DNA from: Eledone cirrhosa
Taxonomy: Eukaryota
Reading direction: 5' to 3'
DNA length: 64,000 nucleotides
Assembly: GCA_964016885.1 (NCBI GenBank)
Contig: OZ024743.1
Location: 339,264,001 to 339,328,000, forward strand
Shown: positions 9,501 through 20,800 of the stretch, piece after piece
Numbering within the stretch: the stretch's first letter is position 1
Layout: every line of letters starts with the position of its first letter
Notes under the pieces: model-generated
Seen by the model: only the letters and a program-made list of their open reading frames with translations
Database searches by the model: none
What the model was told of the DNA's origin: nothing
Position numbers and translations under genes: made by a program

Positions 9501-12317
9501 TTGGAGAATACGATAGAATTAGCTAGCTGGAAGGTTATGAATGTTTACCAGCGAGTAACAAAAAGCAAAACTGCAAGATTTGTTCTGTTCAATACGACAA
9601 AAACACCGTATTTAAACCTTAATAAATAACAAAAAATACAGATTTCGGATTTTGCGGGATTGGATGTTTGTACGAAATTGTGGTGTGTGGAGGAGATAGG
9701 AAAAACGTGAACGTTACGATTACATGGTTACACCGTAGTAGGGGTAGTTGAAGCAGCAATTGTTTGGCGAAAGTGAATAAACATGAACGGGAATTTATCT
9801 TATATATATATGTGTGTGTGTGTGTGTGTAGCTAAGAGAGAGAGAGAGAGAGAGTGGGAAGGGGGAGAGAGAGAGAGAGAGAGTGGCTGACCGCAACCCC
9901 TCGTGAAGAAAATGGTGGGTGAAGGGTGTATGAGCGGGATTTTTGACTTTCGAGGTAGCATGATATATATATTTAAAGTAAATTATAAGAAGTAGAATGG
10001 AAAGGATTTTGTTGTTTTTTGTTTTTTTGTTTGAGAATACGATAGAATTAGGGAATTGGAGGATACGATGGAATTAAGGAATTTAAGGAATTGGAGAATA
10101 CGATAGAATTAGCTAGCTGGAAGGTTATGAATGTTTACCAGCGAGTAACAAAAAGCAAAACTGCAAGATTTGTTCTGTTCAATACGACAAAAACACCGTA
10201 TTTAAACCTTAATAAATAACAAAAAATACAGATTTCGGATTTTGCGGGATTGGATGTTTGTACGAAATTGTGGTGTGTGGAGGAGATAGGAAAAACGTGA
10301 ACGTTACGATTACATGGTTACACCGTAGTAGGGGTAGTTGAAGCAGCAATTGTTTGGCGAAAGTGAATAAACATGAACGGGAATTTATCTTATATATATA
10401 TGTGTGTGTGTGTGTGTGTAGCTAAGAGAGAGAGAGAGAGAGAGTGGGAAGGGGGAGAGAGAGAGAGAGAGAGTGGCTGACCGCAACCCCTCGTGAAGAA
10501 AATGGTGGGTGAAGGGTGTATGAGCGGGATTTTTGACTTTCGAGGTAGCATGATATATATATTTAAAGTAAATTATAAGAAGTAGAATGGAAAGGATTTT
10601 GTTGTTTTTTGTTTTTTTGTTTGAGAATACGATAGAATTAGGGAATTGGAGGATACGATGGAATTAAGGAATTTAAGGAATTGGAGAATACGATAGAATT
10701 AGCTAGCTGGAAGGTTATGAATGTTTACCAGCGAGTAACAAAAAGCAAAACTGCAAGATTTGTTCTGTTCAATACGACAAAAACACCGTATTTAAACCTT
10801 AATAAATAACAAAAAATACAGATTTCGGATTTTGCGGGATTGGATGTTTGTACGAAATTGTGGTGTGTGGAGGAGATAGGAAAAACGTGAACGTTACGAT
10901 TACATGGTTACACCGTAGTAGGGGTAGTTGAAGCAGCAATTGTTTGGCGAAAGTGAATAAACATGAACGGGAATTTATCTTATATATATATGTGTGTGTG
11001 TGTGTGTGTAGCTAAGAGAGAGAGAGAGAGAGAGAGTGGGAAGGGGGAGAGAGAGAGAGAGAGAGTGGCTGACCGCAACCCCTCGTGAAGAAAATGGTGG
11101 GTGAAGGGTGTATGAGCGGGATTTTTGACTTTCGAGGTAGCATGATATATATATTTAAAGTAAATTATAAGAAGTAGAATGGAAAGGATTTTGTTGTTTT
11201 TTGTTTTTTTGTTTGAGAATACGATAGAATTAGGGAATTGGAGGATACGATGGAATTAAGGAATTTAAGGAATTGGAGAATACGATAGAATTAGCTAGCT
11301 GGAAGGTTATGAATGTTTACCAGCGAGTAACAAAAAGCAAAACTGCAAGATTTGTTCTGTTCAATACGACAAAAACACCGTATTTAAACCTTAATAAATA
11401 ACAAAAAATACAGATTTCGGATTTTGCGGGATTGGATGTTTGTACGAAATTGTGGTGTGTGGAGGAGATAGGAAAAACGTGAACGTTACGATTACATGGT
11501 TACACCGTAGTAGGGGTAGTTGAAGCAGCAATTGTTTGGCGAAAGTGAATAAACATGAACGGGAATTTATCTTATATATATATGTGTGTGTGTGTGTGTG
11601 TAGCTAAGAGAGAGAGAGAGAGAGAGAGTGGGAAGGGGGAGAGAGAGAGAGAGAGAGTGGCTGACCGCAACCCCTCGTGAAGAAAATGGTGGGTGAAGGG
11701 TGTATGAGCGGGATTTTTGACTTTCGAGGTAGCATGATATATATATTTAAAGTAAATTATAAGAAGTAGAATGGAAAGGATTTTGTTGTTTTTTGTTTTT
11801 TTGTTTGAGAATACGATAGAATTAGGGAATTGGAGGATACGATGGAATTAAGGAATTTAAGGAATTGGAGAATACGATAGAATTAGCTAGCTGGAAGGTT
11901 ATGAATGTTTACCAGCGAGTAACAAAAAGCAAAACTGCAAGATTTGTTCTGTTCAATACGACAAAAACACCGTATTTAAACCTTAATAAATAACAAAAAA
12001 TACAGATTTCGGATTTTGCGGGATTGGATGTTTGTACGAAATTGTGGTGTGTGGAGGAGATAGGAAAAACGTGAACGTTACGATTACATGGTTACACCGT
12101 AGTAGGGGTAGTTGAAGCAGCAATTGTTTGGCGAAAGTGAATAAACATGAACGGGAATTTATCTTATATATATATGTGTGTGTGTGTGTGTGTAGCTAAG
12201 AGAGAGAGAGAGAGAGAGTGGGAAGGGGGAGAGAGAGAGAGAGAGAGTGGCTGACCGCAACCCCTCGTGAAGAAAATGGTGGGTGAAGGGTGTATGAGCG
12301 GGATTTTTGACTTTCGA
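6583..12317. repeat. Tandem array of 584-592 bp units (9 full + one 433 bp partial)
   Basis: agctagctggaaggttatgaatg starts at 6583, 7167, 7751, 8341, 8931, 9521, 10111, 10701, 11293 and 11885. Units appear identical except for an (AG)n run of 7,7,10,10,10,10,10,11,11,10 repeats. Confidence 0.96.
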
Positions 12318-12679
12318 TATATCTATATCTATATATATATCTATATCTATATATATATATATCTATATATATATATATCTATATATATATATATCTATAT
12401 ATATATATATCTATATATATATATCTATATCTATATATATATATCTATATCTATATATATCTATATCTATATATATCTATATCTATATATATATATATCT
12501 ATATATATATATATCTATATATATATATATATATATCTATATATATATATATATCTATATCTATATATATATATATATATCTATATATATATATATATAT
12601 CTATATATATATATATATATCTATATATATATATATATATATCTATATATATATCTATATCTATATATATATATATATA

Positions 12680-12736
<57 letters not shown>

Positions 12737-12745
12737 ATATATATA

Positions 12746-12780
<35 letters not shown>

Positions 12781-12977
12781 ATATATATATATATATATCT
12801 ATATATATCTATATCTATATATATATATATCTATATATCTATATATCTATATATCTATATATCTATATATATATATATCTATATATATATATATCTATAT
12901 ATATATATATCTATATATATATATATCTATATATATATATATCTATATATATATATATATATCTATATATATATATA

Positions 12978-13015
<38 letters not shown>
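12318..13015. repeat. ~700 bp (TA)n microsatellite with TC interruptions
   Basis: Continuous TA/TATC run. Confidence 0.97.
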
Positions 13016-13017
<2 letters not shown>

Positions 13018-13027
13018 AAAAAATATG

Positions 13028-13124
13028 ACCCCGACGGCAGAGTTCGAGCTGTTTCGACGGCTATTTCTGGACTAAATTATAATTTTTAGCCTGGTGAATA
13101 AATAGCCGAACTTGTCAAGGGGGT
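13028..13124 (-). ncRNA. Candidate type I hammerhead ribozyme (U3-A8 variant core)
   Basis: Minus strand reads CCCC-UUGACAA-G[UU CGGCUAUUU...AAAUAGCCG U]C-GAAA-CAGC...GCCG-UC/GGGG, giving stems I, II and III and a GUC cleavage triplet in the correct order. Confidence 0.6.
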
Positions 13125-13797
13125 ACTTCCTTATATGGGAAGATTGTAGTTGTCAAGAGGATTGGTTAAAATTTATTGTAAACACAAATAAGTCTATCGT
13201 GGCATTTGGTAGGGGTGGCTGAACTTGCCTGTAGACCAATAGGAGAGTGAGTGGAGCGTTGAAAGTGATATGTATACAGCAGATTCTAAGGATAGTGTAT
13301 GAAATGGAGGAGGGAGGTTATAGAATAGGTAATTCGAATGAGAGTAGGAGACAATAAAAGATAATAGAAATAAATAAAAAAAAAATATAAAATTAGATAG
13401 TGAGAAATGAATAAAAAAAATCACAATGCTATCTTACAATTACAGGTTAATAAGTTGAGAATAAAAGAAATTTGTAGAAATTGAGTAGTAACAAAACTGA
13501 TACAAAATTAAAGGGGTCTAACACATCTGCTATAAGTAGTTAGAACTGGCCGAATACGTTTTACTATCTTAAAATTACAGGGGTGGGGGAACTGATGCTA
13601 CAGAGGCCCGATGGGCTGCATCGGGGTAGGCGAAAGGGGAAAAGCAGACGAGAAAGAAAATAGAGGGGTGGAAGGAAGTGATAGAATGAGACAGGGGGAA
13701 GAAGAAGACAAAGAGGAAAGGAAAAGAGATACACCTACCTATGTAAGCTGGGGTTTCCCCTAACTTATTCGGCAAGTGGGGAGGTATCAGCCCTTAT

Positions 13798-14350
13798 CTA
13801 CCCACCCGGGTTGTTATGGGGTTTGAGGGCGAGGTAAGTCCTACACAATCTGCGTTTGCATGCGGTTACAAGTTCGTCTTTCTTGTTTAGAAGTTGGTCC
13901 TTCGAAAACAGCATTTGTAATGTTTCCTCCGAGCATAAGTTACGTGGACGGCGTCCTCTCGTGTAAGAGTTAGCTCTGGACAGTAAGCTCCAATTGAGAT
14001 TGTAGGTTATATTATTATCTTGGAGGTCCCAGATGTGGCCCGAAAGTGTAGTGGCATGTCGCCGGACCAGGTTTCGGAAAGTATGTTGGTGTTGGTAGAG
14101 CCGGGTCATGAAGTCACACATGGTTAATCCTATATAAGCTCTGTTGGAGGTGTCCGTCCTCACGTTGCATTGGTAGATCATGTTACGTTCTCGGCATTTG
14201 TTGTTGAGGGGGCATGTAGATCTATCAGGGCAGTTACACCTCCTGGTTGGCTTGCCACTGATGTCTAGGTTGTTTCTTCCATAGGGGTTGAGTTTATTGT
14301 TGTTTGAGGAGACGATGTTTTGTGCGAAGTTGGGTGTGGTGCTGTATGAG
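13798..14350 (-). pseudogene. C-terminal GIY-YIG endonuclease fragment of a Penelope-like retroelement
   Basis: Translation SYSTTPN...CNCPDRSTCPLNNKC...MIYQCNV...AYIGLT...FMTRLYQH...TTLSGHIW...NLCSEE...LLNKKDEL. It shows the IY/YIG dyad, conserved R, E and N, and an upstream Cys cluster. The RT is absent, and the first ~20 codons of the listed ORF come from a different repeat. Confidence 0.85.
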
Positions 14351-14447
14351 CAAGACATGGTCATCTGACCCATACTTGCTTCAAATAGAACAACCTGTAT
14401 AACCCATGCTAGCATGGAAAATGGATGTTAACAGGAATGATGATGAT
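14351..14447 (+). mobile_element. Short RTE/SINE-type 3' end fragment
   Basis: aacccatgctagcatggaaaatggatgttaa...atgatgatgat resembles the reverse complement of the LINE 3' end at 2751-2810 (aacccatgcaagcgtggaacacggacgttaaacgttgatgatgat). The left boundary is uncertain. Confidence 0.7.
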
Positions 14448-14458
14448 ATATATATTAA

Positions 14459-14662
14459 CCCTTTAGCATTTACATTACTCTATTATATTTTCATGGTAAA
14501 GGCTTTATCTCACAAAATATAAAATCTACGAGATTTTGATGTTATCTATTTTGAGAACAATATCTTAACACCAGTATGAGTGGCTTGTTACAGTTGGTTT
14601 GAACAGAAAGAGGTGAGAGTATCCTCGCCGGATAAGGCCGGTTTATATGCTAAACTAAAGGG
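14459..14662. mobile_element. piggyBac-type non-autonomous element (MITE), 204 bp
   Basis: TTAA at 14455-14458 and at 14663-14666 flank terminal inverted repeats CCCTTTAG/CTAAAGGG. The match extends to tttagcat/atgctaaa across a 5-bp CTAAA duplication. CCC ends with a TTAA target-site duplication are piggyBac hallmarks. Confidence 0.75.
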
Positions 14663-14815
14663 TTAAACCTAATTGGAGAATGGCCTATACAAGATAAAAG
14701 TGAAGTAGCAAGTTAAACTAATCAATAGAGACCTCTTACACTATTGTCATTTAACATCTGCTGTCTTCCTTGCGAACAAACATTAGCTGAGTCTTCACAG
14801 ACTGAAGCAGTACTT

Positions 14816-17800
14816 AAGTGGAGCTGGGAGTCTATATCTCTCTTACATACACTCCTGCACTCTACCAAGTGGAGCTGCGGTCTATATCTCTCTTACATAC
14901 ACTCCTGCACTCTACCAAGTGGAGCTGGAAGTCTATATCTCTCTTACATACACTCCTGCACTCTACCAAGTGGAGCTGGGGTTCTATATCTCTGTTACAT
15001 ACACTCCTGCACTCTACCAAGTGGAGCTGGGGGTTTATATCTCTCTTACATACACTCCAGCACTCTACCAAGTGGAGCTGGGAGTCTATATCTCTCTTAC
15101 ATACACTCCTGCACTCTACCAAGTGGAGCTGGGGTTCTATATCTCTCTTACATACACGCCTGCACTCTACCAAGTGGAGCTGGGGGTCTATATCTCTCTT
15201 ACATACACTCCTGCACTCTACCAAGTGGAGCTGGGGGTCTATATCTCTCTTACATACACTCCTGCACTCTACCAAGTGGAGCTGGGGTCTATATATCTCT
15301 TACATACATTCCTGCACTCTACCAAGTGGAGATGGGGGGCCTATATCTCTCTTACAAACACTCCTGCACTCTACCAAGTGGAGTTGGAGGTCTATATATC
15401 TCTTACATACACTCCTGCACTCTACCAAGTGGAGATGGGGTTCTATATCTCTCTTACATACACTCCTACACTCTACCAAGTGGAGTTTGGAATCTATATC
15501 TCTATTACATACACTCCTGAACTCTACCAAGTGGAGCAGGGAGTCTATATCTCTATTACATACACTCCTGCACTCTACCAAGTGGAGCTGGGAGTCTATA
15601 TCTCTCTTACATATACTCCTGCACTCTACCAAGTGGAGCTGGAGGTCTATATCTCTCTTACATACACTCCTGCACTCTACCAAGTGGAGCTGGGGGTTTA
15701 TATCTCTCTTACATAGATTCCTGCACTCTACCAAGTGGAGTTGGGGTCTATATCTCTCTTACATACACTCCTGCACTCTACCAAGTGGAGCTGGGGTTCT
15801 ATATCTCTTACATACAATCCTGCACTCTACCAAGTGGAGTTGGAGGGTTCTATCTCTCTTACATACACTCCTTCACTCTACCAAGTGGAGCTGGGAGTCT
15901 ATATCTCTCTTACATACACTCCTGCACTCTACCAAGTGGAGATGCGGGGTCTATATCTCTCTTACATACAATCCTGCACTCTACCAAGTGGAGTTGGGGT
16001 CAGTATGTCTCTTACATACACTCCTGCACTCTACCAAGTGGAGTTGGAGGTCTATATCTCTCTTACATACACTCCTGCACTCTACCAAGTGGAGTTGGGG
16101 TCTGTATGTCTCTTACATAGACTCCTGCACTCTACCAAGTGGAGTTGGGCGTCTATATCTCTCTTACATACACTCCTGCACTCTACCAAGTGGAGCTGGA
16201 GTCTATATATCTCTTACATACACTCCTGCACTCTACCAAGTAGAGTTGGGGGTCTATATCTCTCTTACATACACTCCTGCACGCTACCAAGTGGAGTTGA
16301 GGTCTATATCTCTCTTACATACACTCCTGCACTCTACCAAGTGGAGCTGGGGTCTATATATCTCTTACATACACTCCTGCACTCTACCAAGTGGAGCTGG
16401 AGGTCTATATATCTCTTACATACACTCCTGCACTCTACCAAGTGGAGATGGGGTTCTATATCTCTCTTACGTACACTCCTACACTCTACCAAGTGGAGTT
16501 TGGAATCTATATCTCTCTTACATACACTCCTGCACTCTACCAAGTGGAGCTGGGAGTCTATATCTCTATTACATACACTCCTGCACTCTACCAAGTGGAG
16601 CTGGAGGTCTATATCTCTCTTACATACACTCCGGCACTCTACCAAGTGGAGTTGTGGGTCTATATCTCTTTTACATACACTCCTGCACTCTACCAAGTGG
16701 AGCTGGGGTTCTATATCTCTCTTACATACACTCCTGCACTCTACCAAGTGGAGCTGGGGTTCTATATATCTTACATACAATCCTTCCCTCTACCAAGTGG
16801 AGTTGGGGGGTTCTATCTCTCTTACATACACTCCTGAACTCTACCAAGTGGAGCTGGGGTTCTATATCTCCCTTACATACACTCCTGCACTCTACCAAGT
16901 GGAGCTGGGAGTCTATATCTCTTACATACCCTTCTGCACTCTACCAAGTGGAGCTGGGAGTCTATATCTCTCTTACATACACTCCTTCACTCTACCAAGT
17001 GGAGTTGGGAGTCTATATATCTCTTACATACACTCCTGCACTCTACCAAGTGGAGATGGGGTTCTATATCTCTCTTACATACACTCCTACACTCTACCAA
17101 GTGGAGTTTGGAATCTATATCTCTCTTACATACACTCCTGCACTCTACCAAGTGGAGCTGGGATTCTATATCTCTATTACATACACTCCTGCACTCTACC
17201 AAGTGGAGCTGGAGGTCTATATCTCTCTTACATACACTCCGGCACTCTACCAAGTGGAGTTGTGGGTCTATATCTCTTTTACATACACTCCTGCACTCTA
17301 CCAAGTGGAGCTGGGGTTCTATATCTCTCTTACATACACTCCTGCACTCTACCAAGTGGAGCTGGGGTTCTATATATCTTACATACAATCCTGCCCTCTA
17401 CCAAGTGGAGTTGGGGGGTTCTATCTCTCTTACATACACTCCTGAACTCTACCAAGTGGAGCTGGGGTTCTATATCTCCCTTACATACACTCCTGCACTC
17501 TACCAAGTGGAGCTGGGAGTCTATATCTCTTACATACCCTTCTGCACTCTACCAAGTGGAGCTGGGAGTCTATATCTCTCTTACATACACTCCTGCACTC
17601 TACCAAGTGGAGCTGGGAGTCTATATCTCTCTTACATACACTCCTTCACTCTACCAAGTGGAGTTGGGAGTCTATATTTCTCTTACATACACTCCTGCAC
17701 TCTACCAAGTGGAGTTGCGGGGTCTATATCTCTCTTACATACACTCCTGCACTCTACCAAGTGGAGTTGGGGGTCTATATCTCTATTACATACACTCCTG

Positions 17801-20800
17801 CACTCTACCAAGTGGAACTGGGGTCTATATATCTCTTACATACACTCCTGCACTCTACCAAGTGGAGCTGGGGGTTTATATCTCTCTTACATACACTCCT
17901 GCACTCTACCAAGTGGAGTTGGGGGTCTATATCTCTTACATACAATCCTGCCCTATACCAAGTGGAGTTGGGGGGTTCTATCTCTCTTACATACACTCCT
18001 GCACTCTACCAAGTGGAGTTGGGGGTCTATATATCTCTTACATACACTCCTGCACTCTACCAAGTGGAGTTGGGGGTCTATATCTCACTTACATACACTT
18101 ATGCACTCTACCAAGTGGAACTGGGGTTCTATATTTCTCTTACATACACTCCTTCACTCTACCAAGTGGAGTTGGGGGTCTATATCTCTTACATACAATC
18201 CTGCCCTCTACCAAGTGGAGTTGGGGGGTTCTATCTCTCTTACATACACTCCTGCACTCTACCAAGTGGAGCTGGGAGTCTATATCTCTCTTACATACAC
18301 TCCTGCACTCTACCAAGTGGAGCTGGGAGTCTATATCTCTCTTACATACACTCCTGCACTCTACCAAGTGGAGTTGGGGGTCTATATCTCTCTTACATAC
18401 ACTCCTGCACTCTACCAAGTGGAGTTGGGGGGTCTATATCTCTCTTACATACACTCCTGCACTCTACCAAGTGGAGTTGGGGGTCTATATCTCTCTTACG
18501 TACACTCCTGCACTCTACCAAGTGGAACTGGGGTCTATATATCTCTTACATACACTTCTGCACTCTACCAAGTGGAGCTGGGGTCTATATATCTCTTACA
18601 TACACTCCTGCACTCTACCAAGTGGAGCTGGGGTTTATATCTCTCTTACATACACTCCTGCACTCTACCAAGTGGAGTTGGGAGTCTATATCTCTCTTAC
18701 ATACACTCCTGCACTCTACCAAGTGGAGCTGGGGTCTATATATCTCTTACATACACTCCTGCACTCTACCAAGTGGAGCTGGAGGTCTATATATCTCTTA
18801 CATACACTCCTGCACTCTACCAAGTGGAGATGGGGTTCTATATCTCTCTTACATACACTCCTACACTCTACCAAGTGGAGTTTAGAATCTATATCTCTCT
18901 TACATACACTCCTGCACTCTACCAAGTGGAGCTGAGAGTCTATATCTCTCTTACATACACTCCTGCACTCTACCAAGTGGAGCTGGGAGTCTATATCTCT
19001 CTTACATACACTCCTTCACTCTACCAAGTGGAGCTGGGAGTCTATATCTCTTACATACACTCCTGCACTCTACCAAGTGGAGCTGGGAGTCTATATCTCT
19101 TACATACACTTCTGCACTCTACCAAGTGGAGCTGGGGGTCTATATCTCACTTACATACACTTCTGCACTCTACCAAGTGGAACTGGGTTCTATATTTCTC
19201 TTACATACACTCCTTCACTCTACCAAGTGGAGTTGGGGGTCTATATCTCTTACATACAATCCTGCCCTCTACCAAGTGGAGTTGGGGGGTTCTATCTCTC
19301 TTACATACACTCCTGCACTCTACCAAGTGGAGTTGGGAGTCTATATCTGTCTTACATACACTCCTGCACTCTACCAAGTGGAGCTGGAGTCTATATATCT
19401 CTTACATACACTCCTGCACTCTACCAAGTGGAGATGGGGTTCTATATCTCTCTTACATACACTCCTGCACTCTACCAACTAGAGTTGGGGGGTCTATATC
19501 TCTCTTACATACACTTCTGCACTCTACCAAGTGGAGTTGGGGGTCTATATCTCTCTTACATACACTCCTGCACTCTACCAAGTGGAGTTGGGGGTCTATA
19601 TCTCTTACATACACTCCTGCACTCTACCAAGTGGAGCTGGGGTCTATATCTCTCTTACATACACTCCTGCACTCTACCAAGTGGAGTTGGGAGTCTATAT
19701 CTCTCTTACATACACTCCTGCACTCTACCAAGTAGAGTTGGGGTCTATATCTCACTAACATACACTCCTGCACTCTACCAAGTGGAGCTGGGAGTCTATA
19801 TCTCTCTTACATACACTCCTGCACTCTACCAAGTGGAGCTGGGAGTCTATATCTCTCTTACATACACTCCTTCACTCTACCAACTGGAGCTGGGAGTCTA
19901 TATTTCTCTTACATACACTCCTGCACTCTACCAAGTGGAGTTGCGGGGTCTATATCTCTCTTACATACACTCCTGCACTCTACCAAGTGTAGCTGGGAGT
20001 CTATATCTCTTACATACACACCTGCACTCTACCAAGTGGAGTTGGGGGTCTATATCTCTCTTACATACACTCCTGCACTCTACCAAGTGCAGCTGGGGCT
20101 TTATATCTCTCTTACATACACTCCTGCACTCTACCAAGTGGAGTTGGGGGTCTATATATCTCTTACATACACTCCTGCACTCTACCAAGTGGAGTTGGGG
20201 GTCTATATCTCGCTTACATACACTTCTGCACTCTACCAAGTGGAACTGGGGTTCTATATTTCTCTTACATACACTCCTTCACTCTACCAAGTGGAGTTGG
20301 GGGTCTATATCTCTTACATACAATCCTGCCCTCTACCAAGTGGAGTTGGGGGGTTCTATCTCTCTTACATACACTCCTGCACTCTACCAAGTGGAGCTGG
20401 GAGTCTATATCTCTCTTACATACACTCCTGCACTCTACCAAGTGGAGCTGGGAGTCTATATCTCTCTTACATACACTCCTGCACTCTACCAAGTGGAGTT
20501 GGGGGTCTATATCTCTCTTACATACACTCCTGCACTCTACCAAGTGGAGTTGGGGGGTCTATATCTCTCTTACATACACTCCTGCACTCTACCAAGTGGA
20601 GTTGGGGGTCTATATCTCTCTTACATACACTCCTGCACTCTACCAAGTGGAACTGGGGTCTATATATCTCTTACATACACTCCTGCACTCTACCAAGTGG
20701 AGCTGGGGCTTTATATCTCTCTTACATACACTCCTGCACTCTACCAAGTGGAGTTGGGGTTCTATATCTCTCTTACATACACTCCTGCACTCTACCAAGT

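Larger units (their letters stand above)
13016..14350 (-). mobile_element. 5'-truncated Penelope-like element (GIY-YIG endonuclease end plus downstream non-coding region)
   Basis: GIY-YIG coding remnant at ~14350-13798, followed by ~780 nt of non-coding sequence that ends in a hammerhead-like motif next to (TA)n. The boundaries are approximate. Confidence 0.75.

Noticed and set aside
6583-12317. Retrozyme, rDNA/5S or snRNA tandem array
   Set aside because: I found no CUGANGA hammerhead core and no recognisable structural RNA in the 590 bp unit on either strand.
1646-13089. YI/IS-rich ORFs (1646-2830, 12267-13089)
   Set aside because: They are translations of (TA)n/(TATC) microsatellites.
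13592-13636. Second hammerhead on the + strand (CTGATGC...CGAAA)
   Set aside because: The invariant A9 is missing, the CTGATGC is itself sequestered in a hairpin, and no stem II closes next to the GAAA.
14351-14415. N-terminus of the 205-aa ORF as a real start
   Set aside because: The ATG falls in the CCATGCTAGCATGG palindrome of an oppositely oriented RTE-type tail, so the ORF is a chance fusion.
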